Assembly: GCA_039915055.1 (NCBI GenBank)
Contig: JBDSNZ010000227.1
Coordinates: forward strand, 1-57,042
Origin: Ornithinibacter sp.
GTDB taxonomy: Bacteria > Actinomycetota > Actinomycetes > Actinomycetales > Dermatophilaceae
Direction of reading: 5' to 3'
DNA length: 57,042 bases
The translations under genes and the position numbers were made by a program. Below, piece after piece: positions 27,102-37,507 of the stretch; position 1 is the stretch's first letter; each line of letters starts with the position of its first letter. The notes beneath the pieces are model-generated. The model worked only from the letters and a program-made list of their open reading frames with translations, ran no database searches and was not told the DNA's origin.

Positions 27102-29243
27102 TTGGCACAGCGAGATTCGCGCCGTGCCGGCGCGCCGCGCACCACGCAGCGCGACCGGCGACATTCGCGCGCCGGTGACGACGAGGGCATCATCCCAGTC
27201 CTGGCGAAGGCCGTGCGACAGGTCGAGGCCGCCGCGCAGCGCGGCAAGGTCGGTCCGAGCGGCCGCACGGCATACCAGGTGATCGCCCTCCTCGTGCGGG
27301 AGGAACGCTCCCGGGTCAAGGCCGACACCACTCTGGCGGAGTCCCAGCGAGTCGCCGTGCTGACGCGGCTCGACGGCATCGCCACGATCCTCGCCAAGAC
27401 CGCTGTGCGCGACACCTCGCTGTTGGAGCTGCTGGCGGACGGAGCCGTGGTCTCGTTCTCGGCGGTGAGCCTGAAGAACGAGATGCTGCGGGCGGGCGGG
27501 CGCGAGCCCGAACCTGAAGCCGAACCCGAGCCCGCTGCGGCTACCGGTCCGTCCCCGTCTGCGCGTCGCGTGATCCCGCAGACCGTGATCGCCCGCCAGC
27601 TGGCCAACCCCTTCCTGGCGCCTGACTTCTCGGCCGTGCCGACACCGCGACCGACCACCAATCGGCTTGGCGACTGGGAGCTGCTGAATCCCCTGTTCCG
27701 GGCCTTCGAGCACGGCGGCGACGCCACCTGCATGCCGTTGCCCGAGCCGACGGGCGCGGTGCACGGAGTCGGCCTGATGGAGCTGATGCGCCACCAGGCC
27801 CAGGTCGTGGCAGCGGCCGACGCCGGCCACCGCACGTTCCTCCTCGCCGACGAGCCCGGACTCGGCAAGACGGCACAGGCGCTGCTCGCCGCTGAGGCGG
27901 CGCACGCCTTCCCGCTCCTCGTCGTCGTCCCGAACGTCGTCAAGGCGAACTGGGCGCACGAGACGCGGCTGTGGACTCCGCGCCGGACCGCCACCGTGAT
28001 CCACGGCGACGGCGACACGATCGACGGGTTTGCCGACGTCGTCATCGTCAACTACGACATCCTCGACCGCCACGTGGGCTGGCTGGGGAGCCACGGCTTC
28101 CGCGGCATGGTCGTCGACGAGGCGCACTTCATCAAGAACAAGTCCTCCCAGCGCTCGCAGCACGTGCTGGAGCTCTCCGAGCGCATCCGGGCCCGCACCA
28201 GCAACCCCCTGCTCATGGCCCTCACGGGCACGCCCCTGATCAACGACATCGAGGACTTCAGGGCCATCTGGCAGTTCCTCGGCTGGATCGACGACAAGAA
28301 GCCTCGGCACGCCCTCATGGCCGCCCTCGAGATGACCCGCCTGACCCCCGCCGACCCGGGCTTCTACTCAGCCGCGCGAGCCAGCGTCATCGACCTGGGC
28401 ATCGTCCGGCGGCGCAAGGTCGACGTCGCCTCGGACATCCCGGCCCGCCGCGTCGCCGACCTGCCGGTCGAGCTCGACGACGAGGCGAGTCGCTCGATCC
28501 GGGCCGCAGAGCAGGAGCTCGCGCGCCGACTGGTGGCTCGCTACGAGGCCACCCTCGCCTCCCGCAAGGTCGCCACCGTGATCGACGGCATCGATCACGA
28601 CCTGGTCCGCCGGGTCGCAGCGTGGGAACGCAAGAACGCCGGCTCGAAGAAAACCGGCGACAACGTGTTCACGGTGATGCGCAGGATCGGACAGGCCAAG
28701 GCCGGCCTCGCTGCCGACTACGCGGCCCAGCTGGCCCGCAGCGTGGGCAAGGTCGTGTTCTTCGCCAAGCACATCGACGTCATGGACACGGCGGAACAGA
28801 CCTTCGCGAAGCGCGGCATCGGCTACGCCTCGATCCGCGGCGACCAGACCGCGAAGGTGCGCAAGGCGAACATCGACGCGTTCCTCACCGACCCCGAGGT
28901 CTCGATCGTGGTGTGCTCGCTGACCGCGGCCGGGGTCGGACTCAACCTCCAGGTCGCCTCGAACGTCGTGCTGGCAGAGCTGTCGTGGACCTCGGCAGAG
29001 CAGACCCAGGCCATCGACCGGGTGCACCGGATCGGACAGACCGAGCCGGTCACCGCCTGGCGGATCATCGCTGCCCAGACCATCGATCCGAAGATCGCCC
29101 AGCTCATCGACGACAAGGCAGGGCTGGCAGCCAGGGCGTTGGACGGCTCCGACGAGGAGGTCGGCTCCTCGGCCGACGTGCAGCTCGAGGCGCTCATCGC
29201 CTTGCTCACCGAGACGTTGGAGGCCGACCTCCCAGGTGCCTGA
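27102..29243 (+). CDS. SNF2-family helicase
   Basis: LADEPGLGKT, VVDEAH, LTGTP, AAGVGLNL, QAIDRVHRIGQ; TTG start after GAAGGA. Confidence 0.94.
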   Translation: MAQRDSRRAGAPRTTQRDRRHSRAGDDEGIIPVLAKAVRQVEAAAQRGKVGPSGRTAYQVIALLVREERSRVKADTTLAESQRVAVLTRLDGIATILAKTAVRDTSLLELLADGAVVSFSAVSLKNEMLRAGGREPEPEAEPEPAAATGPSPSARRVIPQTVIARQLANPFLAPDFSAVPTPRPTTNRLGDWELLNPLFRAFEHGGDATCMPLPEPTGAVHGVGLMELMRHQAQVVAAADAGHRTFLLADEPGLGKTAQALLAAEAAHAFPLLVVVPNVVKANWAHETRLWTPRRTATVIHGDGDTIDGFADVVIVNYDILDRHVGWLGSHGFRGMVVDEAHFIKNKSSQRSQHVLELSERIRARTSNPLLMALTGTPLINDIEDFRAIWQFLGWIDDKKPRHALMAALEMTRLTPADPGFYSAARASVIDLGIVRRRKVDVASDIPARRVADLPVELDDEASRSIRAAEQELARRLVARYEATLASRKVATVIDGIDHDLVRRVAAWERKNAGSKKTGDNVFTVMRRIGQAKAGLAADYAAQLARSVGKVVFFAKHIDVMDTAEQTFAKRGIGYASIRGDQTAKVRKANIDAFLTDPEVSIVVCSLTAAGVGLNLQVASNVVLAELSWTSAEQTQAIDRVHRIGQTEPVTAWRIIAAQTIDPKIAQLIDDKAGLAARALDGSDEEVGSSADVQLEALIALLTETLEADLPGA

Positions 29244-29244
29244 G

Positions 29245-29271
29245 GGGGTTCGCCGCAAGAGGGCGAACCCC
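29245..29271. terminator. Hairpin between convergent genes
   Basis: GGGGTTCGCC / GGCGAACCCC. Confidence 0.7.
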
Positions 29272-29285
29272 AACAGGTCAGTCCC

Positions 29286-30404
29286 TCACTTTCGGGCGAA
29301 CGTCTTCCACATGGGCACCACGCCCTCGGCGCTCTCACCGGCGTGGCCGAGATACCCCAGCCCCCAGTTCTGCTCGATCGTGGTGAGCAGCGAGTAGTGG
29401 TTGTAGGGAGTGTTGTCGACGACGTGGTGCGGGCCGTCGCCGGTGACGATGATCGCCGGGATCTTGCCACCGCCGTAGGTGCCGCCCGGCCAGTCAGCCG
29501 AGACACGCGGGTCGTGGGCCGCGACGTAGGGGCTCCCACAGCACCCGTCTGCCGACTCCCAGCCGCCCGTCTCGGCGTTACCGGTGTAGTCGTTCTCGTC
29601 AGTGACGATGACGATGGCGGACTTCTTGGTCCACGCGGCGCTGTCCATGATCGTCGTCACGGCGTCCTTGACGAAGGCGTCGGCCTTCTGCTTCAGGGAG
29701 GCGTCGTTGGCGTCGTCCTTGGTCGAGCCGTATGGGCAGGGGGTCTCGGGGTGGCCTGTGACCGGCGCGTAGACGCCACCGTGCATGTCGTTGCACTGGT
29801 TCGGCGAGATCCAGAGGAACTTCGGCGCACTGGACGAGTTGAGGTCGGCGCGCAGGGCGGAGTAGTCCTTGACCTTGGCCATCTCCGACGGGCTCTTCTT
29901 CACGCTGTCGAAGAGGACGAACGGGTTGTGCTTCTTGGCATACAGCTTGGCGGTGCCCGGGCCGTAACGGTCGAGCTTGTTGGCCGGGAGATCCTCCATG
30001 TAGGCACCCCACGGGATGTGCGCGCTGGTGAGCTGTTGGGCGAGGTTCGGCCGGTCGAGGTTGACGACGTTCTCGTCCTCGTCGTCCTGGATGCCGAAGT
30101 TGTCGCCAGCGATGGTGGCGATGTAGTTCGGCATCGAGGGGTGCGTCACTCCGTAGTAGTTGGTCGCCGTCGCATACTTCTCGGCCAGGGAGTTCATGAA
30201 CGGGGCGTTGACGTCGCCGATGACGCTCGACTGGGAGTGGTTCTCGAGCATGATGACGTACAGATGGTCGAAGGTGCCGTGGGCACGGTCGTTCTGCCGG
30301 TGCGCTCCGCTCTGACCACCGGCACCGGTGGCGAGTGCGGGGGTGGCCGCGAGACCGAGCATCGCGACAGAGGCCGCGATCAGGGTGGGAGTGAGTCGAC
30401 GCAT
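29286..30404 (-). CDS. Secreted phosphoesterase (acid phosphatase/phospholipase C family)
   Basis: Signal peptide, IMLENHS, THPSMPNY, KHNPF, NDMH, NHYSLLTTIE. Confidence 0.88.
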   Translation of the reverse strand: MRRLTPTLIAASVAMLGLAATPALATGAGGQSGAHRQNDRAHGTFDHLYVIMLENHSQSSVIGDVNAPFMNSLAEKYATATNYYGVTHPSMPNYIATIAGDNFGIQDDEDENVVNLDRPNLAQQLTSAHIPWGAYMEDLPANKLDRYGPGTAKLYAKKHNPFVLFDSVKKSPSEMAKVKDYSALRADLNSSSAPKFLWISPNQCNDMHGGVYAPVTGHPETPCPYGSTKDDANDASLKQKADAFVKDAVTTIMDSAAWTKKSAIVIVTDENDYTGNAETGGWESADGCCGSPYVAAHDPRVSADWPGGTYGGGKIPAIIVTGDGPHHVVDNTPYNHYSLLTTIEQNWGLGYLGHAGESAEGVVPMWKTFARK

Positions 30405-30607
30405 GGGATTTCTCCTCCTCCTCCAGCGGGCGCTGGGACGGTCGGCACGCTACGCCCGATCAGAGGCGCCGGGAACCCTTGCGCCCCGGCGGATGTGGTG
30501 CGCCCCCGCGCGCCTCTCAGCGGGTTCTTACCGCCACGCGCGGCCGCGGGCCGCGGCCGATCCTTCCCCCCTGAAGAGAAGCGCGGCTGGGATGGTTTGA
30601 TCGGGTC

Positions 30608-31513
30608 ATGCGCATCTTCTTCACCGGAGGCAGCGGCAAGGCCGGCAGGCACGTCGCCCCCGCCCTCGCCGAGCAGGGCCACCAGGTCACGAACGCCGAC
30701 CTCGTCCCCTTGGAGCACCCAGCTGTCGCAGATCTCCGAGTTGACCTCACCGACGCCGGGGAGGCCTACTCTGCGCTGGCAGGCCTGGCGACGTTCGAGG
30801 AGCTGGACCTGCCCGAGAAGCCTGCCTACGACGCGGTCGTGCACTTCGCGGCCGTCCCGCGGATCCTGCTCAGGCCGGACGCGGCGACCTATGCGGCGAA
30901 CGTGCTCAGCACCTACAACGTGCTCGAGGCGGCAACCCGCCTCGGAGTGCGCAAGATCGTCTTCGCGTCCTCGGAGACGGCCTACGGGATCTGCTTCGCC
31001 CAGGGCGAGCGACGGCCGGACTACGTGCCCCTGGACGAGGACCACCCCACGGTGCCCGAGGACTCCTACGGGATGTCCAAGGTCGCCAACGAGGTGACGG
31101 CGCGTTCCTTCCAAGCACGCTCCGGCGCCGACATCTACGGTCTGCGGATCAACAACGTCATCGAGCCGCAGGAGTACGCGGAGCTGTTCCCGGGGTTCCT
31201 CGCGGATCCAGCGGTGCGACGACGCAACATCTTTGCCTACATCGACACGCGCGACCTCGCTCAGATGGTGCAACGCTGCCTGGCGGTCGACGGGCTGGGC
31301 TACGAGGTCTTCAACGTCGCCAACGCAGACCTGTCCGTGGGCGCGACGACGCAGGAGATCCGGCACCGCTTCTACGACGGGGTCGACGTGCGCGCGGAGA
31401 TGGGGCGCGACGAGACGTTCTACTCCATCGACAAGGCGCGAGACCTCCTCGGGTTCGCTCCTCGTCACTCCTGGCGCGACGTGTTCCCTGACACCGGGGC
31501 CCGGCACAGCTGA
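30608..31513 (+). CDS. NAD-dependent epimerase/dehydratase
   Basis: TGGSGKAG, HFAA, YGMSK (YxxxK). Confidence 0.92.
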   Translation: MRIFFTGGSGKAGRHVAPALAEQGHQVTNADLVPLEHPAVADLRVDLTDAGEAYSALAGLATFEELDLPEKPAYDAVVHFAAVPRILLRPDAATYAANVLSTYNVLEAATRLGVRKIVFASSETAYGICFAQGERRPDYVPLDEDHPTVPEDSYGMSKVANEVTARSFQARSGADIYGLRINNVIEPQEYAELFPGFLADPAVRRRNIFAYIDTRDLAQMVQRCLAVDGLGYEVFNVANADLSVGATTQEIRHRFYDGVDVRAEMGRDETFYSIDKARDLLGFAPRHSWRDVFPDTGARHS

Positions 31514-31560
31514 GCACCCTCGCACCGATCGGATCAGCACTGGCTCAATAGGATGCAGAC

Positions 31561-32316
31561 GTGAGCCACTCAGTCGTCGAGCCCGTCTCCTCGGCCGCAC
31601 CGGCGCTGACCGGCCCGGTGATGATGAACCAGAGCTGGCGGGACCTGACCTTCCTGCACTGGGCGGTCGACCCGGTGCAGGTCGCGCACCGGATGCCGCC
31701 CGGCACCAGACCGGACACCCTCGACGGTGTCACGTACGTCGGGCTGATCCCGTTCCGGATGGTCGGCGCAGGAGTCGCCGGCGGTCCCGCCGTCCCCTGG
31801 TTGGGCTCGTTCCTGGAGACCAACGTGCGGCTCTACTCCGTCGATGACACGGGCCGCCGCGGCATCGTGTTCCTCAGCCTCGACGCGGACCGGTCAGCGG
31901 TCGTCCTGGGTGCGCGCGCGGCGTTCGGGTTGCCCTACCGCTGGGCCCGGATGCGCTACCGGAAGAGTGGCGACATCCATACCTACGACGCGCACCTCCG
32001 CCGCCCCGGGCGGCGAGCAAACAGCCACATCGTGATCCGAGCCGGAGCGCGGCGTCGCAGCACCGAGCTCGACGACTTCCTCAGCGCACGGTGGGGATTG
32101 CACGTGCGCTGGTGGGGCCGAACGTTGTACGTCCCCAACCACCACGAGGCCTGGCCGGTGCACGACGCTGAGGTGCTGGCGCTGGACGACGGGCTGATGG
32201 CGTCGGTGGGCCTGCCCGAGCTGGCCGACCGCCCTCCCGATCACGTGGCCTTCAGCCCCGGTGTGCGCACCGAGTTCGCGCTCCCCGGTGACGCGACCCG
32301 CCCACGGCCCGCATGA
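31561..32316 (+). CDS. YqjF/DUF2071-family protein
   Basis: QSWRDLTFLHW, FLETNVRLY, FLSLDA, FLSARWGL. Confidence 0.88.
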   Translation: MSHSVVEPVSSAAPALTGPVMMNQSWRDLTFLHWAVDPVQVAHRMPPGTRPDTLDGVTYVGLIPFRMVGAGVAGGPAVPWLGSFLETNVRLYSVDDTGRRGIVFLSLDADRSAVVLGARAAFGLPYRWARMRYRKSGDIHTYDAHLRRPGRRANSHIVIRAGARRRSTELDDFLSARWGLHVRWWGRTLYVPNHHEAWPVHDAEVLALDDGLMASVGLPELADRPPDHVAFSPGVRTEFALPGDATRPRPA

Positions 32317-32371
32317 GTGTCGTGGCTGTCACATCGCGGCCCGACGACACTGCGAAACAGCGCCGAGGATC

Positions 32372-32574
32372 ATCACCATCACGCTGCACACCACGACGCT
32401 CCAGGTCGATCGCGGCTCGCACGGCGACACCAGGGTGGTCACGATGGAGATGCCACCTCTCGGGGACGGGCAGGTGCGTTGTCGGGTGGAGCGTGTCGCC
32501 CTCACCGCGAACACCGTCTCCTACGCGACGCTCGGCGCCACGCTCGGCTACGGGTCATCTCGCTCCGGGACTGA
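32372..32574 (+). pseudogene. Truncated DUF2855-like gene fragment
   Basis: LGDGQVRCRVERVALTANTVSYATLG..LGY matches the recalled DUF2855 N-terminus; no canonical start, and similarity ends after ~60 codons. Confidence 0.6.
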
Positions 32575-32759
32575 TCCACCCCATCCATCCGGCCCCACGG
32601 CATCCCGTGCGCCGCGGCATCCGCGGCGTGTGATCCAGGCGAACCAGCAGCCTGCCTACCTCGAGAGCAGCTCCTCGACACTGCTCGGCCGACGCTTCGT
32701 GGTGAGGAGCGTCGAGCGCCCCGGCGATACCGAGATCCCCCGGCTTCCCTGCCGACCCG

Positions 32760-33179
32760 TCAGGTCTGGGCTCGGCCGGGGGGTGGGTGGTGCGGCGGTG
32801 GGGCCTGCGACACGTTGACCGTCGGGATGCCGGAACCGGAGCGAGCGATCACAGCCAGGGACGGGTGCCGCCCCGGGTTCGACTCCCGGTGCACGGTGAA
32901 CGCCGGAACCCGGACGTAGTCACCCGCGACCGCGTCGACCCACCCCTCCACCCCCTCACACTCCAGGCGAAGCACCCCGCTGACCACGTAGAGCATGGAG
33001 GTGTTGGAGTCGTGGTGGTGCCATCCGGAGAGGGCTCCGGGCTCGGTCACGACCTGGCCGGCCCACAGGCCGGGCGCCTCGAAGGCGCGCCGACGCAGCA
33101 TCCCCGCCGTCGGGTCCGTCTCAAGCAGTTCTGCGTCGCGGACGACGCGCACCGCCTCCGGACGCTCCGTGGGGACCAT
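32760..33179 (-). CDS. Cupin domain protein
   Basis: SGWHHH..YVVSG...GDYVRVPAFTVHRESN; -10 TAGCGT 7 nt before the ATG. Confidence 0.85.
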   Translation of the reverse strand: MVPTERPEAVRVVRDAELLETDPTAGMLRRRAFEAPGLWAGQVVTEPGALSGWHHHDSNTSMLYVVSGVLRLECEGVEGWVDAVAGDYVRVPAFTVHRESNPGRHPSLAVIARSGSGIPTVNVSQAPPPHHPPPGRAQT

Positions 33180-33249
33180 GGGGACCACGCTAGCGCCACG
33201 CCCCGAGCCGAGGGGCGAGCATCAGCCACCCGGATCGGACGGAGGCCCC

Positions 33250-33275
33250 GTCACACTTCGCTGCCGCCGAACGTC
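33250..33275 (+). promoter_or_regulatory. ECF41-type autoregulatory promoter
   Basis: GTCACA-N16-CGTC directly upstream of the SigJ-like gene. Confidence 0.7.
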
Positions 33276-33314
33276 ATCAAGGTGGCAGGCTTCCCCGCAC
33301 GAGAGAAGAGGACC

Positions 33315-34199
33315 ATGGACGAGACCGCAGGGTTCGAGGCAGAGCGGCCGCGGCTGCTCCGCCTGGCCGGCCGCGTGCTCGGGGACCCCATGGAGGCGGA
33401 GGACATCGTCCAGCAGTCATGGCTGCGCCTGCACGGCACCGACGCTGACGTCGCGAACCTGCCCGGCTGGTTGAGCACGGTGGTGACGCGGTTGTGCCTG
33501 GACCGGCTCCGGGCCCGGACTCCGGTGCCCAGCGAGCCGTCCGAGGCTGCGGCCGCGTCAGGACGGGTCGGGTCCCCGGATGCCGCACCCACCCCTGCCG
33601 ACCCCGCCGACCACGTCGCGCTCGCCGACACCGTCGGAGTCGCCCTCCAGGTCGTGCTCGACCGGCTCACCCCCGGCGAGCGGGTCGCCTTCGTCCTCCA
33701 TGACACCTTCGGGTTCGAGTTCAGCACCATCGCCGCGATCCTCGACACGACGCCCGGCGCTGCACGCAAGCTGGCGTCGCGGGCGAGGGCCAAGGTTCGC
33801 GATGTGCCCGCCGAGGGTGGACACGAGCTGGATCGACCGGCCCACTGGGAGGTGGTCGATGCCTTCCTCGCAGCAGCGAGAGGCGGGGACGTCGCACAGC
33901 TCCTCCGACTCCTCGCCCCGGACGTGGTCGTCACCGCCGACCCCGCGGCAGTCGCCAGCGGCACACCGGAGCGGCTCGCCGGTCAGCGAGCGGTCGCGAC
34001 GATGTTCGACGGCGCCGCGAAGGCAGCGCTCCCGGTGCTCATCGACGAGCGACCCGGCGCCGGGTGGTTCCACCGCGGCGAGGCCCGGGTGCTCTTCGAC
34101 TTCACCATCGAGCACGGCGTCATCACCCGCATCGTCTTCCGTGCCGACCCCGACGTGCTCGCCCGGGTCGTCCGGCGCACCGATGGGCGCCCCACCTGA
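33315..34199 (+). CDS. ECF sigma factor with C-terminal SnoaL-like domain (SigJ/ECF41-like)
   Basis: AEDIVQQSWLRL, ERVAFVLHDTF, RKLASRAR, VVDAFLAAARGGD..LLAPDVV. Confidence 0.9.
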   Translation: MDETAGFEAERPRLLRLAGRVLGDPMEAEDIVQQSWLRLHGTDADVANLPGWLSTVVTRLCLDRLRARTPVPSEPSEAAAASGRVGSPDAAPTPADPADHVALADTVGVALQVVLDRLTPGERVAFVLHDTFGFEFSTIAAILDTTPGAARKLASRARAKVRDVPAEGGHELDRPAHWEVVDAFLAAARGGDVAQLLRLLAPDVVVTADPAAVASGTPERLAGQRAVATMFDGAAKAALPVLIDERPGAGWFHRGEARVLFDFTIEHGVITRIVFRADPDVLARVVRRTDGRPT

Positions 34200-34243
34200 C
34201 CCCACCCGAACGACGCAGTGCACCCCGACCCAAGGAGACACCA

Positions 34244-34522
34244 ATGAAGACGATGACCTGCCGGCAGCTCGGCGGCCCCTGCGATCTCGACCTGAGGGGT
34301 GAGAGCGCCGACGACGTGATCAAGGCCCAGGACCGCCACCTCAAGGACGCCGTGAAGGCCGGGGACGCGGCGCACCACCAGGCCCACGACGACATGAAGG
34401 GCCGGTGGCGCAACCCGATCAAGGGGATGGGTTGGTATCGAGACACGAAGAAGGCCTTCGCTGCGCTCCCCGAGGACGGCCCCGACGGCAGTCCCGTCAG
34501 CCACGAAGACGGTCAGGCGTAG
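34244..34522 (+). CDS. Small Cys/His protein (DUF1059-like)
   Basis: MKTMTCRQLGGPCD...H; SD AAGGAG. Confidence 0.8.
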   Translation: MKTMTCRQLGGPCDLDLRGESADDVIKAQDRHLKDAVKAGDAAHHQAHDDMKGRWRNPIKGMGWYRDTKKAFAALPEDGPDGSPVSHEDGQA

Positions 34523-34613
34523 GCGCATCCCAGCGAGACCGTCGTGCGAGCTGGGGACGAACGCCTGACACACCAGGTCACCATCCCGAGCGAGGTGGCC
34601 TGGTCGATGACGA

Positions 34614-35171
34614 TCAGCCGGGGACCAGCCACTGGAGCACGGTCACCACGCCGATGACAGCACACGCGACGAAGATCGCCGCTGCCAGCCAGGCGATGAA
34701 CTGGGCTGCGTCCAGACCCCCTTCGTCCTCGTCACCAGGCTGGTCGGCGTCGGTGCGGTTGTCGGCGACCGGCGAGCCCGAATCGCCCTGGTCCGCCCCT
34801 GGTTCGTCGATGCTCGCGTCCAGCCCGCGAGCCCGGTCGCGCAGGGCCTCCAGCCGTGCCGACTGCGGGTCCGCCCGTACGGAGGCGGGCAACGACCGCC
34901 ACATGACGGGAAAGTTGTCGTGGCTGCGCTCGCGCCACGCGGCGACGGCCGTGTCGACCTCTGGGCCCTTCGCCCCGGCCGCGAACCACACCGCTCCCGC
35001 CGCCGGGAGGTCTCCCATTCCTTGGTAGACCTCCCCCAGCAGTGTCAGCGCCTCCGCGTCGCGGTGCCCATCGAGGTGACGCACGAGCAGGTCCCGAGCC
35101 CGCCATGGAGCGCCCTGCGCGATGGCTGCGCGAGCCTGCTCGAGCCGAGCGCTCTCCGGCATCCCACTCAT
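34614..35171 (-). CDS. Hypothetical protein with TPR-like N-terminus and C-terminal TM helix
   Basis: WRARDLL..LGEVYQGMGDLPAAG; hydrophobic C-terminus. Confidence 0.7.
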   Translation of the reverse strand: MSGMPESARLEQARAAIAQGAPWRARDLLVRHLDGHRDAEALTLLGEVYQGMGDLPAAGAVWFAAGAKGPEVDTAVAAWRERSHDNFPVMWRSLPASVRADPQSARLEALRDRARGLDASIDEPGADQGDSGSPVADNRTDADQPGDEDEGGLDAAQFIAWLAAAIFVACAVIGVVTVLQWLVPG

Positions 35172-35423
35172 CTCGCAGTCTCCATCCCTTGCCGAACCCG
35201 GTCGATGACGAAGCCTCCCAGAACCGAGCCCATCACGAACACGCACCCACCCATCGAGTCATGCAGCCGGGTCGCGACGGGGCGAGGACAACGACCCGCA
35301 GCTCCATCGCGCTGGCGACGCTGCCGCGCTCGGCGGTGTTCCAGGTCACCAGGGGGCGGCGCAGCGCCACGTCGATGATGCCCACGACACGAGTATGCCG
35401 GGGAGGGAGTTCTCGCATTCCCC

Positions 35424-35452
35424 TTGCTTTTGTTACCCGCCGGTAGCAGACT
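35424..35452 (+). promoter_or_regulatory. Promoter with palindromic operator upstream of the fadE5-like gene
   Basis: TTGCTT-N17-CAGACT, with TGTTACCCGCCGGTAGCA (35431-35448) across the spacer. Confidence 0.65.
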
Positions 35453-35490
35453 GGTAAGCAAGCGCTCACTTCTTCCTGGAGGTACCCGTC

Positions 35491-37362
35491 ATGGGCCACT
35501 ACAAGAGCAACCTTCGCGACATCGAGTTCAACCTCTTCGAGGTGCTCGGTCGCGGCGACGTGCTGGGCTCCGGCCCCTACGCCGAGCTCGATGCCGACAC
35601 CGCCCGCGAGATGCTCCGCGAGGTCGCGCGCCTGTCCGAGCACGAGCTGGCCGAGTCCTTCGAGGACTCCGACCGCCACCCGCCGGTCTATGACCCGGCC
35701 ACCCAGTCGGTGACCATGCCCGAGTCCTTCAAGAAGTCGTTCCAGGCCTACCGCGACAGCGGTTTCTGGGCCATCGACCTTCAGGCCGAGCTCGGTGGCA
35801 CCGTCGCCCCGCCGAGCCTGCGCTGGGGCGTCAACGAGATGCTGCTGGGCTCCAACCCCGCCGTCTCGATGTTCGCCGCGTCCTACGGCTTCGCCAAGCT
35901 CCTCTACGCCCTGGGCAACGAGGAGCAGAAGAAGCTCGCCCAGCTCATCGTCGACAACGGCTGGCACTGCACCATGGTGCTCACCGAGCCCGATGCCGGG
36001 TCCGATGTGGGCGCCGGCCGCACCAGGGCCGTGCAGAACGAGGACGGCACCTGGACCCTCACCGGGGTCAAGCGCTTCATCACCAGCGCCGAGTCCGACA
36101 TGGTCGACAACGTCGTGCACTTCGTGCTGGCGCGCCCCGAGGGCGCCGGCCCGGGGACCAAGGGCCTCTCGCTCTTCGTGCTCACCAAGTTCGCCGTCGA
36201 CCTCGAGACCGGTGAGCTCGGCGAGCGCAACGGTGTCTACGTCACCAACGTCGAGAAGAAGATGGGCCTGAAGGTCTCCACCACGTGCGAGCTGACCTTC
36301 GGCGGCGAGAAGCCCGCGGTGGGAACTCTGCTCGGCGACACCCACAACGGCATCGCCCAGATGTTCCACGTCATCGAGAACGCTCGGATGATGGTGGGCA
36401 CCAAGGCGATCGCCACCCTCTCCACCGGCTACCTCAACGCCCTGGAGTACGCCAAGGTGCGGGTGCAGGGCGCCGACCTCACCCAGATGACCGACAAGTC
36501 GGCCCCTCGCGTGACGATCACCCACCACCCCGACGTGCGTCGCTCGCTGATGCTCCAGAAGGCCTACTCCGAGGGCCTGCGCGGGCTGGTGCTCTACACG
36601 GCCAGCCAGCAGGACATCGTCGACCAGCACGTGCTGAGCACCGGCGCGGAGGAGTTCGAGCCCGGCTCGGCCGCAGACGTCGCCAACCGGGTCAACGACC
36701 TGCTCCTGCCCCTCGTGAAGGGCCTCGGCTCGGAGCGGGCCTGGACGATCCTGGGCACCGAGTCGCTGCAGACGTTCGGTGGGTCCGGCTTCCTGCAGGA
36801 CTACCCCGTCGAGCAGTACGTGCGCGACGCGAAGATCGACACCCTCTACGAAGGCACCACCGCCATCCAGGGCCTGGACTTCTTCTTCCGCAAGATCGTC
36901 CGTGACAAGGGCCAGGCACTGACCCACGTGTCGAGCCAGATCCAGGAGTTCGCCAAGGGGCTGGGCGGCCACGACGGGCGCCTGGACCGCGAGCGCGAGC
37001 TGCTCGGCCAGGCCCTGGAGGACGTGCAGGGCACGCTCGGCTTCATGGTCGGCGAGCTGATGAAGTCCGACCCGCGCCAGGGTGGCGACGTCAGCAACCT
37101 CTACAAGGTGGGCCAGAACACCACGCGCCTGCTCCTGGGTGCGGGCGACCTCGTGGTCGGGTGGCTGCTGCTGCGCCAGGCCGACGTGGCGCTGGCCGCC
37201 CTCGAAGCGGGCGCCGGCGGCAAGGACAAGGACTTCTACGAGGGCAAGGTCGCCGCCGCCCAGTTCTTCGCCCGCCAGGTGCTCCCCCGCCTGGGAGCCG
37301 AGCGCGCGATGGCCGAGGCCACCGACAACGCGCTCATGGATGTGCCGGAGTCCGCGTTCTGA
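35491..37362 (+). CDS. fadE5: Acyl-CoA dehydrogenase (FadE5-like)
   Basis: [47 protein letters not shown]. Confidence 0.9.
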   Translation: MGHYKSNLRDIEFNLFEVLGRGDVLGSGPYAELDADTAREMLREVARLSEHELAESFEDSDRHPPVYDPATQSVTMPESFKKSFQAYRDSGFWAIDLQAELGGTVAPPSLRWGVNEMLLGSNPAVSMFAASYGFAKLLYALGNEEQKKLAQLIVDNGWHCTMVLTEPDAGSDVGAGRTRAVQNEDGTWTLTGVKRFITSAESDMVDNVVHFVLARPEGAGPGTKGLSLFVLTKFAVDLETGELGERNGVYVTNVEKKMGLKVSTTCELTFGGEKPAVGTLLGDTHNGIAQMFHVIENARMMVGTKAIATLSTGYLNALEYAKVRVQGADLTQMTDKSAPRVTITHHPDVRRSLMLQKAYSEGLRGLVLYTASQQDIVDQHVLSTGAEEFEPGSAADVANRVNDLLLPLVKGLGSERAWTILGTESLQTFGGSGFLQDYPVEQYVRDAKIDTLYEGTTAIQGLDFFFRKIVRDKGQALTHVSSQIQEFAKGLGGHDGRLDRERELLGQALEDVQGTLGFMVGELMKSDPRQGGDVSNLYKVGQNTTRLLLGAGDLVVGWLLLRQADVALAALEAGAGGKDKDFYEGKVAAAQFFARQVLPRLGAERAMAEATDNALMDVPESAF

Positions 37363-37452
37363 GTGCCAGCCGCTGACCGGCAGCACCCGGTCAGCCACCG
37401 ACCCCGGGTCGGGCACCCTGCCACGAGCGAGCGCCCGACCCGGCCCCACCTG

Positions 37453-37487
37453 ACGAAGGCCCACCCCGTGGCGGGGTGGGCCTTCGT
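37453..37487. terminator. Bidirectional terminator
   Basis: Perfect 16 bp stem ACGAAGGCCCACCCCG / CGGGGTGGGCCTTCGT. Confidence 0.85.
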
Positions 37488-37507
37488 GGCGACGTGTCTC
37501 TGGTGCG

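Noticed and set aside
27102-29243. SNF2 helicase as part of a defence system
   Set aside because: No methylase, nuclease or other defence partner adjacent; the neighbours are metabolic genes.
24194-34600. Intact genomic island/prophage at tRNA-Gly
   Set aside because: No integrase, no phage genes, and no direct repeat of the tRNA 3' end found by eye; only a decayed TA scar is supportable.
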